This document shows, piece by piece, positions 25,931-37,490 of a stretch of 64,000 nucleotides of DNA (positions are counted from its first letter, which is position 1; each line of letters starts with the position of its first letter). The translations under genes and the position numbers were made by a program. Under the pieces are notes generated by a model. It was not told the origin of the DNA. It did not search any database and saw only the letters and a list, made by a program, of their open reading frames with translations. Source of the DNA: a virus; IMG/VR virus record IMGVR_UViG_3300010334_000030, positions 1-64,000 of that record; one strand, given 5' to 3'.

Positions 25931-27805
25931 TTATTTAGACTCAGATTCTTCGAAAACGACATCTTCAACATTAGTATCTGCTGAAGGTTGTTCTGGGGTT
26001 TCCTGAGCTTGGCTGTAAATTCTGCTTGAGATTTCAGAAAGTTTCTGAGCCACTTCATTCATTTTAGCTTCAATGGCTTCTACATCCCCTTCTTCCTTTA
26101 CTTTTTTAAGCTCTTCAATCTGAGTAGAGATTTCTGTCTTCTCCTCATCAGTTAGCTTCTCGTCAAGATCCTTAGCCATTTTCTCTGCCTGGAAGATCAT
26201 AGAATCAGAATCGTTTGTAATTTTAACTTTCTTCAATCTATCCTGATCTGTCTTTTCGTTGTTTTTAGCCTCGTCTTTCATTTTTTGGATTTCATCGTCA
26301 CTAAGTTTAGATCCAGATTCAATTTTGATCTTTTGTTGTTTTCCTGTTCCTTGATCCTTAGCTGACACGTTAATGATACCATTAGCATCAATATCAAAGG
26401 TTACTTCGATTTTAGGAACCCCTCTTGGTGCTGGTGGGATATCAGTAAGCTGGAATTTACCAAGGGTTCTATTATCTGCTGCCATTGGTCTTTCCCCCTG
26501 AAGAACGTGAATGTCTACGGCTGGCTGACCATCTGAAGCTGTGCTAAAAACTTCGCTCTTGGTTAAAGGGATAGTTGAGTTGGATTCGATCAACTTGGTG
26601 AATACCCCACCCATAGTTTCGATACCAAGTGAAAGTGGGGTCACATCTAATAGCAAGACATCTTTAATGTCTCCGGCTAAAACCGCTCCCTGAATAGCAG
26701 CGCCCATTGCCACTACCTCGTCGGGATTAACATTCTTGGATGGCTTTTTGCCAAATAGCTTCTCCACTTCCTCTTGGACTTTGGGGATTCTTGTTGAACC
26801 ACCAACTAGGATAACTTCGTCAATATCAGATGCTTTTAATTTAGCATCAGCTAAAGCTTTAGTACAAGGTTTCAATGTTTTCTGAATTAAATCATCGCAC
26901 ATTGACTCGAACTGAGCTCTGGTAATTTTCTTTACAAAGTGTTTTGGACCTTCTGCACCAGCACTTAAGTATGGAAGGTTTATTTCAGTTTCAGCAGAAG
27001 CTGATAACTCAACTTTAGCTTTCTCTGCAGCTTCTCTGATTCTTTGGTAAGCCATAGAATCTTTAGAGGCATCAATTCCACTTTCCTCTTTGAAAGCTTC
27101 AACTATCCAATCGATAATTTTCTCATCAAAATTATCTCCACCTAAGTGGGTATCACCATTGGTTGAAAGCACTTCAAATACCCCATTACCAATTTCAAGA
27201 ATAGAGATATCAAAAGTACCACCACCTAAATCGTATACAGCCACTTTTAAGTCCTTTTCTCCTTTATCAAGACCATAAGCTAGGGCTGCTGCTGTAGGCT
27301 CGTTAATGATCCTTAAAACCTCCAATCCGGCAATTTCTCCAGCTTCCTTGGTGGCTTGTCTTTGACTGTCATTGAAATAAGCTGGAACGGTGATAACAGC
27401 TTGTTTAACTTCTTCACCTAAATACTCTTCTGCAGTCTTTTTAAGGTTCTGCAAAACCATAGCGGAGATCTCTTGTGGGATATAAGATCTTCCATTGGTG
27501 TCAACCACCACCTTTTCACCATCAGAAGACTTCCTCACTTTGTAAGGCATCTTTTTGGCCTCGTTTTTAACCTCGCTGTACTTAGATCCGATAAATCTCT
27601 TAACAGATGAGATTGTGTTCTCTGGATTGGTTACCGCCTGTCTTTTGGCTGGATCTCCAATTTTAATTTCCCCGTTTTTGAAACTCACAATACTTGGGGT
27701 TGTTCTTTTTCCTTCTTGGTTCACAATAACTACTGGTGCGTTTGCTTCCATTGTGGAAACGCAAGAGTTGGTTGTGCCAAGATCAATTCCGATTACTTTT
27801 GCCAT
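25931..27805 (-). CDS. dnaK: DnaK/Hsp70
   Basis: [42 protein letters not shown]. Confidence 0.99.
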   Translation of the reverse strand: MAKVIGIDLGTTNSCVSTMEANAPVVIVNQEGKRTTPSIVSFKNGEIKIGDPAKRQAVTNPENTISSVKRFIGSKYSEVKNEAKKMPYKVRKSSDGEKVVVDTNGRSYIPQEISAMVLQNLKKTAEEYLGEEVKQAVITVPAYFNDSQRQATKEAGEIAGLEVLRIINEPTAAALAYGLDKGEKDLKVAVYDLGGGTFDISILEIGNGVFEVLSTNGDTHLGGDNFDEKIIDWIVEAFKEESGIDASKDSMAYQRIREAAEKAKVELSASAETEINLPYLSAGAEGPKHFVKKITRAQFESMCDDLIQKTLKPCTKALADAKLKASDIDEVILVGGSTRIPKVQEEVEKLFGKKPSKNVNPDEVVAMGAAIQGAVLAGDIKDVLLLDVTPLSLGIETMGGVFTKLIESNSTIPLTKSEVFSTASDGQPAVDIHVLQGERPMAADNRTLGKFQLTDIPPAPRGVPKIEVTFDIDANGIINVSAKDQGTGKQQKIKIESGSKLSDDEIQKMKDEAKNNEKTDQDRLKKVKITNDSDSMIFQAEKMAKDLDEKLTDEEKTEISTQIEELKKVKEEGDVEAIEAKMNEVAQKLSEISSRIYSQAQETPEQPSADTNVEDVVFEESESK

Positions 27806-27862
27806 TGTTTTTAAAATTTATTTTTTAGTTTTATTGAATTACCTTGAAAAGATTTCTTTTCT

Positions 27863-27940
27863 TTGGCAAATAGATAGTTCAAATTCTTTGCCAATGGGGA
27901 TTTATAGACAAAATAGCATATTATGATCGACATAATGGCG
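27863..27940 (-). promoter_or_regulatory. sigma54-like -24/-12 element within an 8-bp inverted repeat, plus upstream direct repeats
   Basis: Minus strand TTGGCAAAGAATTTGAA versus consensus YTGGCACGNNNNTTGCW; TTGGCAAA-N16-TTTGCCAA. Confidence 0.4.
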
Positions 27941-27954
27941 AAACGAGAGCAACA

Positions 27955-27979
27955 AAAAAGCCCGTATGTCACGGGCTTT
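27955..27979 (-). terminator. intrinsic terminator
   Basis: AAAGCCCGT-ATGTC-ACGGGCTTT with A/T runs on both sides. Confidence 0.8.
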
Positions 27980-28001
27980 GTTTTTATAGGGATTGGATTA
28001 T

Positions 28002-28472
28002 TTATTTTCTTCTCTTTCTCTTCATAAAATCAAGGTAGTTCTTAACTATCTTAGATTTAGTCTGTTTAGATCTAGCTGATGGCGTTCCTGCAGAGAGACT
28101 TGGAAATTTATCACCAGATCCATTAAGAGAGTTATTATAAAATCCGGCATTAGTTCCTCCATTCATAGGAGCTTGCACGTTACCCATACCTGGGGTATTT
28201 CCTAGAGTTGCAAGTCCAGGAGCTGGTGATCCAGCTGCTGCCCCCCCTGCCATATCTTCATTAACAAGATCCTCGTCAAGTCCTTTCTCTTTAAGGTACT
28301 CTTTAAGCTGCCAAGATTCTGCGCAACACTCTGTTTCGTCAAGCCATTCTCTAATGCACTCTAGCATGCAATCCTCGTTACAGTCTTCTGTTACTGCATC
28401 TATTTCTGGTCTTGAATCATCTAGACAGATAACTAATTTTCCGTTTGGAACTTTTCCTGATGGGTAAAACAT
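28002..28472 (-). CDS. hypothetical protein, possibly virion-associated
   Basis: Contains LVNED, a Gly/Ala-rich middle and C-terminal IVKNYLDFMK. Confidence 0.7.
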   Translation of the reverse strand: MFYPSGKVPNGKLVICLDDSRPEIDAVTEDCNEDCMLECIREWLDETECCAESWQLKEYLKEKGLDEDLVNEDMAGGAAAGSPAPGLATLGNTPGMGNVQAPMNGGTNAGFYNNSLNGSGDKFPSLSAGTPSARSKQTKSKIVKNYLDFMKRKRRK

Positions 28473-28474
28473 AT

Positions 28475-28702
28475 TTAATCTAATATTTGTTTAACATTCT
28501 TTCTGAATATCCTGATTGTGTTTCCACTTTCGTTCTTAGCCACATAGCCAATAATGTCTCCGTATATATCATGGATCGGAGAGTTAACCAGAAGTTTTCG
28601 ATTTTGATTGTCAAGAATCCACTTATTATCTATCTGGCTCACCTCCTTCTTGTAGTGGTCAAGATAAACAATATCACTTTTTCTTTCATTACAGTCACAC
28701 AT
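28475..28702 (-). CDS. hypothetical protein
   Basis: Start moved to MCDCNERK to avoid overlap with the upstream gene. Confidence 0.6.
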   Translation of the reverse strand: MCDCNERKSDIVYLDHYKKEVSQIDNKWILDNQNRKLLVNSPIHDIYGDIIGYVAKNESGNTIRIFRKNVKQILD

Positions 28703-28703
28703 G

Positions 28704-29114
28704 CTATCTAAAATCTCCTTTTTGTTGTTTTCTAATAAGGTACTCGTAAAGGTATCTAAGACCTTTTCTGTAATCGTTAGCGGTTTTAAAAGGTTTAAAT
28801 TTCTTAATATCATTTCCGTTTCCTTCTGGAGTTTCTTCACTTCTTATAGGATTATATCTCCTAACTGTTCCCGATGGATGAACGGTGTAAAAAACATCAT
28901 CATGTCCTCTCTCCTTTTGCTTCTTTGTTGTTCTTACGAATTTAATGGTATTATTAAGTTCCTGCTGATGTGAAGTGTCATCTTTGAATCCAAGTCTTAT
29001 AATCTTCATGTATTCTGGGGTGTTTCTGATAGCATCAAGATTTAACTCCCTACGGGTCTCGACTTTATATTCACCCTCTGGATTGTAATTTTTAAAGCTT
29101 AAAAGATTCTTCAC
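28704..29114 (-). CDS. hypothetical protein with CTS-like N-terminus
   Basis: GTG start 4 nt after GATATATA gives MKNLLSFKNYNPE. Confidence 0.65.
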   Translation of the reverse strand: MKNLLSFKNYNPEGEYKVETRRELNLDAIRNTPEYMKIIRLGFKDDTSHQQELNNTIKFVRTTKKQKERGHDDVFYTVHPSGTVRRYNPIRSEETPEGNGNDIKKFKPFKTANDYRKGLRYLYEYLIRKQQKGDFR

Positions 29115-29211
29115 AGTGTATATATCTCTGCTCAGATCCGTATGATCCATTAAATTACAAACCCTCATGATTTTCAAGAGCATTAGCTAATTATGGAGAT
29201 CACCTTCGAAA

Positions 29212-31275
29212 TTAGTAGGTAATGTTTACGTTTCTTAATGTTACAGTATCTGTTGCATCGGATAATTGGAAAGATATAAACAAATAATTAGTTATCGCTG
29301 TATTAAAAGATATTGATAATATTGCTGCTTGGGATGCACCAGTACCAGTTGCGCTATTTGTGGTTTGCGGATATCCTATCAATAAACCTGATTGGAGGGA
29401 ATATGACCTTGAAATCTGAGCAAATAAATTACCACCTGCACCAAAAGAATAATTTGAGATTTGTGTTGCACTTCCAAATACATTTGTAGTTCCTGTCCAT
29501 ATTTTTACTTGTACTCCAGCTAATGTTGTACCTGATTGTTCAAACATTATACTACGTACGTTTAAATAATCTGTTAAGGAATTTGCTGGTATTGTTATTG
29601 TTAATAAATTAACTGTTGCTGTTGTTCCAGTTGATGTAATACTTCCTGAAAAATTATACCCATATGCTACACTAAGTTTACCAGTATTATCAGTTGCCAC
29701 TACTCTTGTTCCAGTTCCTCCAAGATCCGTTAAAGTGTTTGTCCCTGTTGTTTTAAATGTGCCAGTAACTTGTAGATTCTGGCCAGTGTCGGTAGTTGTT
29801 CCTATAAGTACATTTCCGCGAAGTATTGTTTTTATAGTACCTGTACTTCCTATAGTGGTTGTGAAGGATCCATATCCTGTTGCGCCATAGCCTATAACTA
29901 TTTGACCCGTTTGACCCACAGCTTCTGGATAAACATTAGTTCCTATCAGTATACTGTTGTCTGCACTTGTAAGAGTGGTTATTCCGTTACTAGCGTAGCG
30001 GCCAGTATTAGTTCCGATTGCAATATTTGATCCTCCGCTTGTTAGATTACTAAAAGTTGCATAGCCTAGACCAAAATTACCATTCCCTGTTGTATTAGAA
30101 CCTAAAGAAGCAAACCCAAGAGCCATATTACCAAAACCATAGGTGTTAGAATTTAATGCGCTTTGACCTATAGCAGTATTTAATGTTCCGAGAGTGTTGC
30201 TGTTTAATGCTTGATACCCTATACCAAGATTACCGTCTGTTGAAATTGTGTTAGCCCCAGCTTGGTATCCTATAAAAGTGTTATAAGTTCCATTGACAAG
30301 CCTTTGCCCGGCATAAAGGCCCATTGCAAAATTGGTATTAGATCCAGATGCACCTCCAAAAGCCCTTATTTCATTAGATGATGTTCCCCCGCTATCAATC
30401 ATTGTAACGGTAGCGGTTCCTGCGGTTACCCGCTTTATGGAGAGCGAAACGGTTCCATCAAAACTGTTTGTTGGAGTTACTGTCAATGCAGTACTTGTGG
30501 TTGCTCTAAATCCTGAATATAGAGTTTTGGTGATATCACCCTGGTTAATATCAACACCACCGAAAACTACCCTGATACTTCCAGCAGTTCTGTTAGTAAT
30601 CGTACAGACAACTTGATAATAGTTACCACTTGTTGCTGATACCGTGTTTGACAGTACGCTGGTATTACCTGTATTATGGGTAAATGTTGGATATACAGGT
30701 GTCCATCCTGTTGAAGTCCAGCCTGCTGAAGATAGAAGCTCGTTTCCTAACTGGCCACCGTCCATAGCGGAGGTGTTAGTTATCTGAAGTCTTCCTGCTG
30801 AGCTAGCGGTAGCACCTATAGCGACACTTCCATTCTTTCCAACATTAAATAATTCAGAGCTTCCGTTTTTAATTTGGAGAGAATATGATGCATTTATAGC
30901 ATTATCACTGTCCTGATTGGTGGTTATTAATAGTGATCCAGTACTTGGATAGAAGACAAAATTTGCATATCTATTAACATCACCTAAATATATTGAGCTA
31001 TTCGGCTCGCTATAAATGTTTGTGTATGTCTGTGCAAGACTCATTTTATATCTGTCCCCAGCTCCATATAAAAAGTTATTGCTTTTTAAAGATGTGAATG
31101 TTCCAGTTCCATTTACGATCAAATCATTAGTAGTGGTATTACCCACGTCCGTTACATATTGCAGAGAGAGATTTGTAGTAGAGCTCCAGGCATACCCATT
31201 ATACGTCCATGTTACACCATTATAAGTGTAGGTTTGGCCTGCCGTGGCGGGATATGGGAAATTTATATTTGGCAT
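29212..31275 (-). CDS. tail/virion fibre protein with YadA-head-like NTAIG repeats
   Basis: INFP...YNGVTWTYNGYAW N-terminus, NTxIG repeats, [10 protein letters not shown], Thr/Gly-rich. Confidence 0.75.
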   Translation of the reverse strand: MPNINFPYPATAGQTYTYNGVTWTYNGYAWSSTTNLSLQYVTDVGNTTTNDLIVNGTGTFTSLKSNNFLYGAGDRYKMSLAQTYTNIYSEPNSSIYLGDVNRYANFVFYPSTGSLLITTNQDSDNAINASYSLQIKNGSSELFNVGKNGSVAIGATASSAGRLQITNTSAMDGGQLGNELLSSAGWTSTGWTPVYPTFTHNTGNTSVLSNTVSATSGNYYQVVCTITNRTAGSIRVVFGGVDINQGDITKTLYSGFRATTSTALTVTPTNSFDGTVSLSIKRVTAGTATVTMIDSGGTSSNEIRAFGGASGSNTNFAMGLYAGQRLVNGTYNTFIGYQAGANTISTDGNLGIGYQALNSNTLGTLNTAIGQSALNSNTYGFGNMALGFASLGSNTTGNGNFGLGYATFSNLTSGGSNIAIGTNTGRYASNGITTLTSADNSILIGTNVYPEAVGQTGQIVIGYGATGYGSFTTTIGSTGTIKTILRGNVLIGTTTDTGQNLQVTGTFKTTGTNTLTDLGGTGTRVVATDNTGKLSVAYGYNFSGSITSTGTTATVNLLTITIPANSLTDYLNVRSIMFEQSGTTLAGVQVKIWTGTTNVFGSATQISNYSFGAGGNLFAQISRSYSLQSGLLIGYPQTTNSATGTGASQAAILSISFNTAITNYLFISFQLSDATDTVTLRNVNITY

Positions 31276-31299
31276 TATCTCTTATTTATCACTATCTTT

Positions 31300-31653
31300 T
31301 TATGGATTATTAGGATCTGATATTGGCTCTGGATCTGGAGTTGGATCCGGAACTGGATCAGACGTTGGGGTCGGATCTGGAGTTGGCATTGGCGGAACAT
31401 AGTCACCTGTAATTGTTAAATTAAGTTGTGCAGCAACCCAATCCCATGCGTAGTCATTAGTTCCGTAATCGACATATGCTTGGCCTTCCATGTTTAGATT
31501 ACCGTCAACTAGTGAGGATAATTCCATAGTTAATAACTGATAATAAAATGACGCAGATGTTTTTAGATTGTCATTTATGACAACAGCGTTTAGAACCTCT
31601 GCATTTTTAATTTCCCCATTTTTCCAGACCGGTACTGCTTGAATTGTTTTCAT
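31300..31653 (-). CDS. small fibre-associated protein with a Pro-Asp/Thr tail
   Basis: C-terminal QLNLT shared with 37490..37741; lies between fibre genes. Confidence 0.65.
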   Translation of the reverse strand: MKTIQAVPVWKNGEIKNAEVLNAVVINDNLKTSASFYYQLLTMELSSLVDGNLNMEGQAYVDYGTNDYAWDWVAAQLNLTITGDYVPPMPTPDPTPTSDPVPDPTPDPEPISDPNNP

Positions 31654-31697
31654 ATCATATTTGTTTTATTGTAAGTGATTTTATTTCAATTATCAAA

Positions 31698-33944
31698 TTA
31701 AGTGTTTTTAGTTATCAAAAAAGAACTCAAACAAGCTAGATCTGGGTTATAAGTTGTAATTTGAACCGTTATATAAAATTGAGTTGCTGGTATTGAGACA
31801 GAGCTTATCCTGTTTGAAGTATTTTGACTATTTGCAGTGGAAGTTGTAAAATCTCTACCATAAAGTAAGCCCCCAACTATCCAGTAAACCCTATTCATAG
31901 GGTAATAGGCATTCCCAAAGTTTCCCCCATATTTAGCTATCTGGGTTCCACCGGCGGTCGCTCCAGGTATTGAATTGATAAAATACAGAGTTTCAACACC
32001 TTGTGTATTTGATGAAACTGTTGTTGTTGTAACCAAAGTCTGTATGTTTAGGGTGTCACCTGCTGAAAAAGCAGCTGAAGATATAGCCGATGAAGAATAC
32101 ACAACTATACCTGAAGAAGATTGATAAGTGTTAGAACTAAATTTATAAAATGTGCTTAATGCCGCTGATATATCCGATAACAAATAGGTGTGAACTATCC
32201 CACTTGAGCCAATTGTTAATATTTTAGCATCTGAGGTTGCACCAGTAAGACCAGTTATTTTAATAGGGTCTGAGGTATCTGAAACAGATAATTTACCGTT
32301 TACATTTAATTTATAGCCAGAATCAGTTGTTGTTCCTATAAGTACATTTCCAGATGGGTTTATTCTTAGTCTCTCTGTGCCGTTAGTGTTTACCACAAAA
32401 GTTCCATCAATACCAGCGTCACCTATCCAGCCATCAGTATCAGTGTTCCAATAAAGGGAATTGGCTCTAAGTGATCCACCAAAAGTACCCCCCGCAAGAG
32501 TGTTAAATCCACCTAGTCCATCTATCTGAAATCTTATTTCATTTAATTGATTATTTACACCCCTTATAAAGGTTCCGCCTACTCCGCCATTCTGATTTAC
32601 CAGTAATAAAACTCCCTCATTATTGCCAGTATCTCTAGTGTTTTGTATTTTAGAAACAAACCCTTTATATGCAGTAGGACCAGCATATCCAGGGTTAAGA
32701 TAAGTCCCAGTAGTTCCTGTACCCCCTATAACATCAAAGAAGCTGGAAGGTCCAGTAGTTCCTATAGCAGCTTGAATTCCATTATCATAGATTACGGAGT
32801 TATCTAAATCTACCGAGGATTTCCATCTAGCTAAGTATCCAGTTGCTCCAGATCCGCCTACGGTTCCAGAGGCACCTTTTGGTCCGGTGGCTCCAATTGC
32901 CCCTGTAGATCCAATTGGTCCAACTGGACCAGCACTTACTGGATTAACCCATTGAGAACTGTTCCCGTCATCTATCCAAACATATTCTACGCCGCTTGAA
33001 AGATCATACCATCTTTCACCAGAGGTTGAACCAGTTGGCGCAGAGGAAGCTCCTTGAACATAGTACTTTCCTGAACCTGCAGGACCAGTTGATCCGGTAG
33101 AGCCAGTAGCACCTGTTGATCCAGTTGCTCCCGATGATCCAGTTGCTCCCGTAGCCCCGGTAGAACCTGCTGTTCCGGTTGATCCTGTAGAGCCATTAGA
33201 TCCAGTAGGACCTGTAGATCCAGTAGCTCCAGTAGCTCCTGTCCCAGTTGGTCCAATCTGAATGTACATAACCTGTTGAACTGTTAATATAATAGACGGA
33301 ATAGCCGGAATTGCTGGTGGACCTGTCTGTGGTACTTTTGCTAATATCCTCATATTGGCATCATCGCTGTGCCAATATAATTCTAGATATTCGTTAGGTC
33401 CAGTGGAGCTATAGAAAAAATTCCATGCGGGTATGGCTTTAGCGTCATTTCCAGATAGTGTTATCTGACTATTTGTATAAGGAACATTTTGTCCATTTGC
33501 GGAAAGCCAGATATCTGCAACATCATCACCGGAATCAGTTTTATCGAATTGTGCGGAGAATTGTATATTATATGTTCCCGGATTGGCTAGGGTTATTCTG
33601 GAAGCTGTGGCCCCTGTACCCCCTGTAGCTGTTAGAACGGAAACCCCATTCGCCCCCGCAGTGGTGTTAAAGGTCATCACATTCGCTCCAGTAGAACCTT
33701 TTACATTTGTTTGTGTGGTGGTGTCATAAAAAGATCCATAGTAGCCAATAGACCCAACACCAGGGGATCCGGTAGGACCAGTTGCACCGGCTGAGCCAGT
33801 TGCACCGATTGGTCCAGTTGCACCGCCTCCACCACTACCAGCAGTAAAATCCCACTGATAACCATTCCAAACCCAGATAACATCTTGTCCGGTTTCACGG
33901 TTTATAAAAACTTGTCCAACACGGGGATTTTGAGGATATATCAT
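31698..33944 (-). CDS. fibre protein with G-X-T collagen-like repeats
   Basis: GAT/GST/GPT triplets, [11 protein letters not shown] domain, [18 protein letters not shown]. Confidence 0.8.
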   Translation of the reverse strand: MIYPQNPRVGQVFINRETGQDVIWVWNGYQWDFTAGSGGGGATGPIGATGSAGATGPTGSPGVGSIGYYGSFYDTTTQTNVKGSTGANVMTFNTTAGANGVSVLTATGGTGATASRITLANPGTYNIQFSAQFDKTDSGDDVADIWLSANGQNVPYTNSQITLSGNDAKAIPAWNFFYSSTGPNEYLELYWHSDDANMRILAKVPQTGPPAIPAIPSIILTVQQVMYIQIGPTGTGATGATGSTGPTGSNGSTGSTGTAGSTGATGATGSSGATGSTGATGSTGSTGPAGSGKYYVQGASSAPTGSTSGERWYDLSSGVEYVWIDDGNSSQWVNPVSAGPVGPIGSTGAIGATGPKGASGTVGGSGATGYLARWKSSVDLDNSVIYDNGIQAAIGTTGPSSFFDVIGGTGTTGTYLNPGYAGPTAYKGFVSKIQNTRDTGNNEGVLLLVNQNGGVGGTFIRGVNNQLNEIRFQIDGLGGFNTLAGGTFGGSLRANSLYWNTDTDGWIGDAGIDGTFVVNTNGTERLRINPSGNVLIGTTTDSGYKLNVNGKLSVSDTSDPIKITGLTGATSDAKILTIGSSGIVHTYLLSDISAALSTFYKFSSNTYQSSSGIVVYSSSAISSAAFSAGDTLNIQTLVTTTTVSSNTQGVETLYFINSIPGATAGGTQIAKYGGNFGNAYYPMNRVYWIVGGLLYGRDFTTSTANSQNTSNRISSVSIPATQFYITVQITTYNPDLACLSSFLITKNT

Positions 33945-33961
33945 CGATTTTATATATCGAA

Positions 33962-34408
33962 TTATTCAAAAGGAGATGATTTAACATCAACACTAACTTT
34001 GATGTTCTTTTTAGCTATTCCAGACGGTCTAGAAAGATCAACAGCAATCTCGTCCCTATTCTGTCTGAGAGGTTTCATCTCTATATTAACATTGATTCCA
34101 AACTGATTTAATGTGCTCTTGATATGGTGAGCAGTAACCTTTATTTCTTTGTTGACCTCTTTTGTTTTCTCTAGATCGTTAACTCTAATAACGATTTTCC
34201 TGAACTGGTCAACAACTTTGCGATCTACCTTGTTTTCTAACCACTTCCAAGGCTCCTCGTCAGGGATAAATCCACCAGCACCTCCTACCGCATTACCAAT
34301 CTCAACGAGAATATAAACTTCGCTCCAAACGAAGTCTATAGTTCCTGGTGGTCCCCCGCTCCAGTAAACTCTAGGATCACTCCATGGTAGGTATATCTTT
34401 TCTGACAT
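33962..34408 (-). CDS. hypothetical structural-region protein
   Basis: Tightly packed ORF. Confidence 0.7.
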   Translation of the reverse strand: MSEKIYLPWSDPRVYWSGGPPGTIDFVWSEVYILVEIGNAVGGAGGFIPDEEPWKWLENKVDRKVVDQFRKIVIRVNDLEKTKEVNKEIKVTAHHIKSTLNQFGINVNIEMKPLRQNRDEIAVDLSRPSGIAKKNIKVSVDVKSSPFE

Positions 34409-34421
34409 CTATTAAAAAATT

Positions 34422-37400
34422 TTATCCAACACCACCTGCTCCCAAAAGAGATTGTGAACTAGGTGCAGCTGTAGCTATAAATCCTGTGCTTGATCCTATT
34501 GAACTATTAGCTCCTATATACCAGGTGTTTGTTGCAGGACTTGGTGTTAAAACACCTAAAGTGATATAATCACAATAACAAACTATTCCTTTTCCAATTT
34601 TTGCTAATATTGGAGTTGGTGCAGCTGGTCTATTCATAGTTATTAAATTTCCAGCACTTCCTCTAACATTAAATTTATAAAAACTTTGTGTACTTGAAGA
34701 TGCAAAAGTTATTGTATGAGCTGCTGTAGATGTATTATCTATAAAGTTTGCAAATGTATTATTACCGGATATAGTTGTTGCAGCTGTGGAAGATCCTTTT
34801 GCAAGTTCTACTGTATAATAGGTTAATCCACCTCCTGCAAATGTGCAAGCTGTGACTGAGGTGTTAGTCATTACTATTCTACTTTGCTGAGCATTGAAAG
34901 TAAGACTTGTTGCTAAAACATTCCAAATTGTACCTGTACCTGTAAGTGTCCATGTTCCCCATCCCATATTAATAGTTCTCGTATTAGCAACTGATGATGC
35001 AAACGATCCGCATGTTATATTAGCCCCGTTATTAACATTAATTGTTCCTGCTGTAAGTGTAAATGCACTTGATGAGCCTATAGATAAATTAGCATTTACA
35101 CTTAAAGTTCCCAATGTTACAGTTAAAGTTCCTGTTATAGTTAATGTCCCTGAATTTTGAACAGTCGTGGTAGCAGAATTTATAATGATACCTGTGCCAA
35201 GAGTTATAGTTAACCCGTTAGATGTTATTGTTTGCGTAACGGATGTTCCTAAAAAAGTTAATAATCCTCCTGATACTGATGTTGCTGTTGAAGATAGGGT
35301 AAGATCCCCATAAAAAGAAGCACTACTTAAACTAATAATTCCTGAAAATCCTGTGAAGTTTACTGTTTTATAGTTTGCAGTAGATATGGCTACAGTATCA
35401 GAACCGTTAGTTACATTAACATTTATGGCATTAGCTTCTGCTACAAGACCACTAGATATCGTTCTAGTTGCTGCACTTCCTGAGTAAGTAAGGTTAATAG
35501 TAGGATTTGTGCCCGATATAGTTAATCCTGTTGTTGTCCCGGTGTTCCAAATTGTTTGCCCACTCCCCGTAATATTAACTGTCGATGTTCCAAAATTTAT
35601 TGTTCTAGCACTAGAAGTACTAGAACTAAATACAAATATATTATGAGTATAGCTACCAAAATTCAATGTTCCTGCTGTTAAGATAAGTTGGGATGCATTA
35701 ATTGTAGAGTTTGCATTAAAATTAGTCGACCCACAACTGGTTATTGTTACCGTAGCATTAGTGGTAAACACATCAACAAAAGTGAAAGTTCCAGTAAGAG
35801 CACCAGATGAACTTAGTGTGTCATTTAATGTAACTGTTCCTGTAACAAGACTTTTGCCTGCAAGGGTTATCCTTGAGTTACTTGCTAATGCATATCCTGA
35901 TCCTCTAAATGTAAATGAAGGCGTAGCTATTGGGGTTGCCATTGTAGAGACAAAAGTAAGATCGCCATCTATAGTTAAAGTATTACCAGCTGCATTATTT
36001 AAAACTACATTTGTTCCTCCACTGAATATGAGTTCAGCCATATTACCGGTAGTGAAAGAAACTGTAGCTCCCCCTGTATTTGTTACATAAACTCTAGGAT
36101 CCCCGGTAGTAGCCACAGCAAGTGTTATTGCTCCCGCTCCAGTTCCCCCAAGTTCACAATATCCGCTTCCTGGATAAACCACAGTATTGAATGTCAGGGT
36201 TCTAGATGCTACTTGTCCGCCCCAGACGTATATCGAAGCTATACCCCAGTTTAAATTTGTAGTTGTTGTTGCTGTTATTAGTGTACCAGATCCAGTTAAA
36301 TATAGATCAGAGCCATTTCCAAATGTTCTAACTGCTGTGCCTGACGTCGACACGTTACCTATAAAGGATGTGGTTTGAGGAGAAAAATATCCAGCAGTTA
36401 AAGTTAAGGTTCCTGATAAATAAAAAGTGTCATTCACAATAAGTCCAAAACTGGGCGTGCCAGGTTGGCTTATTGTTATATTTCCTGTTAGGGTTTTACC
36501 GTTAAACGTAAAATAAACATAACCAGCTGTTCCCGGATTAGATATGGTTATAGGAGGGGATGCTGTTATGGTCATAGCTGTGCTGAGAGTTAAAGCCCCG
36601 GCATCGGTGCTAAAGGTGACAGCATTTGCAGCACTATTTAGATTAACATTGGAATTTACTACACCCGGTCCTGGATATACATCAGTAAAAAGTAAATAAT
36701 AAAAATTACTAACACCAAAACTAACACTAGCTCCACCCGTGTTTAAAATGGAAAAATAGTAGAGGTTACCTGTTATTGTATAAGATCCAGTTCCGCTTCC
36801 TGTTATGTACATACCATTTTGGGGAATTGATGCTACAGCTAGGGTTTGTGTTATGGTCTTAGCTGACGATGTTGCATCATTAAACTCATAGTATGTGAAA
36901 TTAGTTAATGAACAGTTAGTACCAGTAACATTCCAGATTGTACCAATTCCGGTAATGGAAAATGTTTGTCCATTTCCAAATAAACTCCTAACAAGAGATC
37001 CGGTTGATACAAATAAACCAACAGAAAATCCATAGTATGGCTGAAGGTTTCCTTGGGTTAGGGTTAATGTTGAAGTCGATAGGGTTATAAAATCATCATT
37101 GGTGTACCAGTTAGATCCTGATCCGCTAAAGGTAACGTTCCCTTGAATAATCTTTCCGCTAGTGTAGATATTCCCCGTTACACTGGTTCCTGCAAAAGTG
37201 ATTGTACCATTATAGGTAAGAGTCATCCCTGGGGAAAACACCAAAGACTGAAGGCTTACATCGGCCCCATTAATCGCTAATGTAAAAGTGGTTCCGGATA
37301 GAGTTCCGGTATACCCTGTCATTACAAGGCTTTTACATGTAGCATTAACTGATATAGTGCAGTTACCATTATATGTGTTATTGAATATAACATCATCAGC

Positions 37401-37490
37401 AGCAAGAGGCACAGCAGCAGGAGACCAGTTTGCAGCTGTTCCCCAGTTAGCTCCTGTAGCACCTGCGTATATCCAAGTCTTAGTTGCCAT
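34422..37490 (-). CDS. large beta-helix (autotransporter-passenger-like) virion or adhesin protein
   Basis: NWGTAANWS...PLAADDVIF start; repeated GxLTLTAG and TITxNG strands. Confidence 0.75.
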   Translation of the reverse strand: MATKTWIYAGATGANWGTAANWSPAAVPLAADDVIFNNTYNGNCTISVNATCKSLVMTGYTGTLSGTTFTLAINGADVSLQSLVFSPGMTLTYNGTITFAGTSVTGNIYTSGKIIQGNVTFSGSGSNWYTNDDFITLSTSTLTLTQGNLQPYYGFSVGLFVSTGSLVRSLFGNGQTFSITGIGTIWNVTGTNCSLTNFTYYEFNDATSSAKTITQTLAVASIPQNGMYITGSGTGSYTITGNLYYFSILNTGGASVSFGVSNFYYLLFTDVYPGPGVVNSNVNLNSAANAVTFSTDAGALTLSTAMTITASPPITISNPGTAGYVYFTFNGKTLTGNITISQPGTPSFGLIVNDTFYLSGTLTLTAGYFSPQTTSFIGNVSTSGTAVRTFGNGSDLYLTGSGTLITATTTTNLNWGIASIYVWGGQVASRTLTFNTVVYPGSGYCELGGTGAGAITLAVATTGDPRVYVTNTGGATVSFTTGNMAELIFSGGTNVVLNNAAGNTLTIDGDLTFVSTMATPIATPSFTFRGSGYALASNSRITLAGKSLVTGTVTLNDTLSSSGALTGTFTFVDVFTTNATVTITSCGSTNFNANSTINASQLILTAGTLNFGSYTHNIFVFSSSTSSARTINFGTSTVNITGSGQTIWNTGTTTGLTISGTNPTINLTYSGSAATRTISSGLVAEANAINVNVTNGSDTVAISTANYKTVNFTGFSGIISLSSASFYGDLTLSSTATSVSGGLLTFLGTSVTQTITSNGLTITLGTGIIINSATTTVQNSGTLTITGTLTVTLGTLSVNANLSIGSSSAFTLTAGTINVNNGANITCGSFASSVANTRTINMGWGTWTLTGTGTIWNVLATSLTFNAQQSRIVMTNTSVTACTFAGGGLTYYTVELAKGSSTAATTISGNNTFANFIDNTSTAAHTITFASSSTQSFYKFNVRGSAGNLITMNRPAAPTPILAKIGKGIVCYCDYITLGVLTPSPATNTWYIGANSSIGSSTGFIATAAPSSQSLLGAGGVG

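Noticed and set aside
27863-27894. CIRCE (HrcA) operator before dnaK
   Set aside because: The inverted repeat has a 16-nt spacer and does not match TTAGCACTC-N9-GAGTGCTAA
1-28000. Bacterial chromosome or giant eukaryotic virus origin (dnaK, dnaJ, adk, nrdAB, MBD4-like, aaRS-like)
   Set aside because: These genes are interspersed with T4-like gp32, gp61, UvsW, polB and fibre genes, share phage promoter motifs, and have bacterial-type terminators and translational coupling
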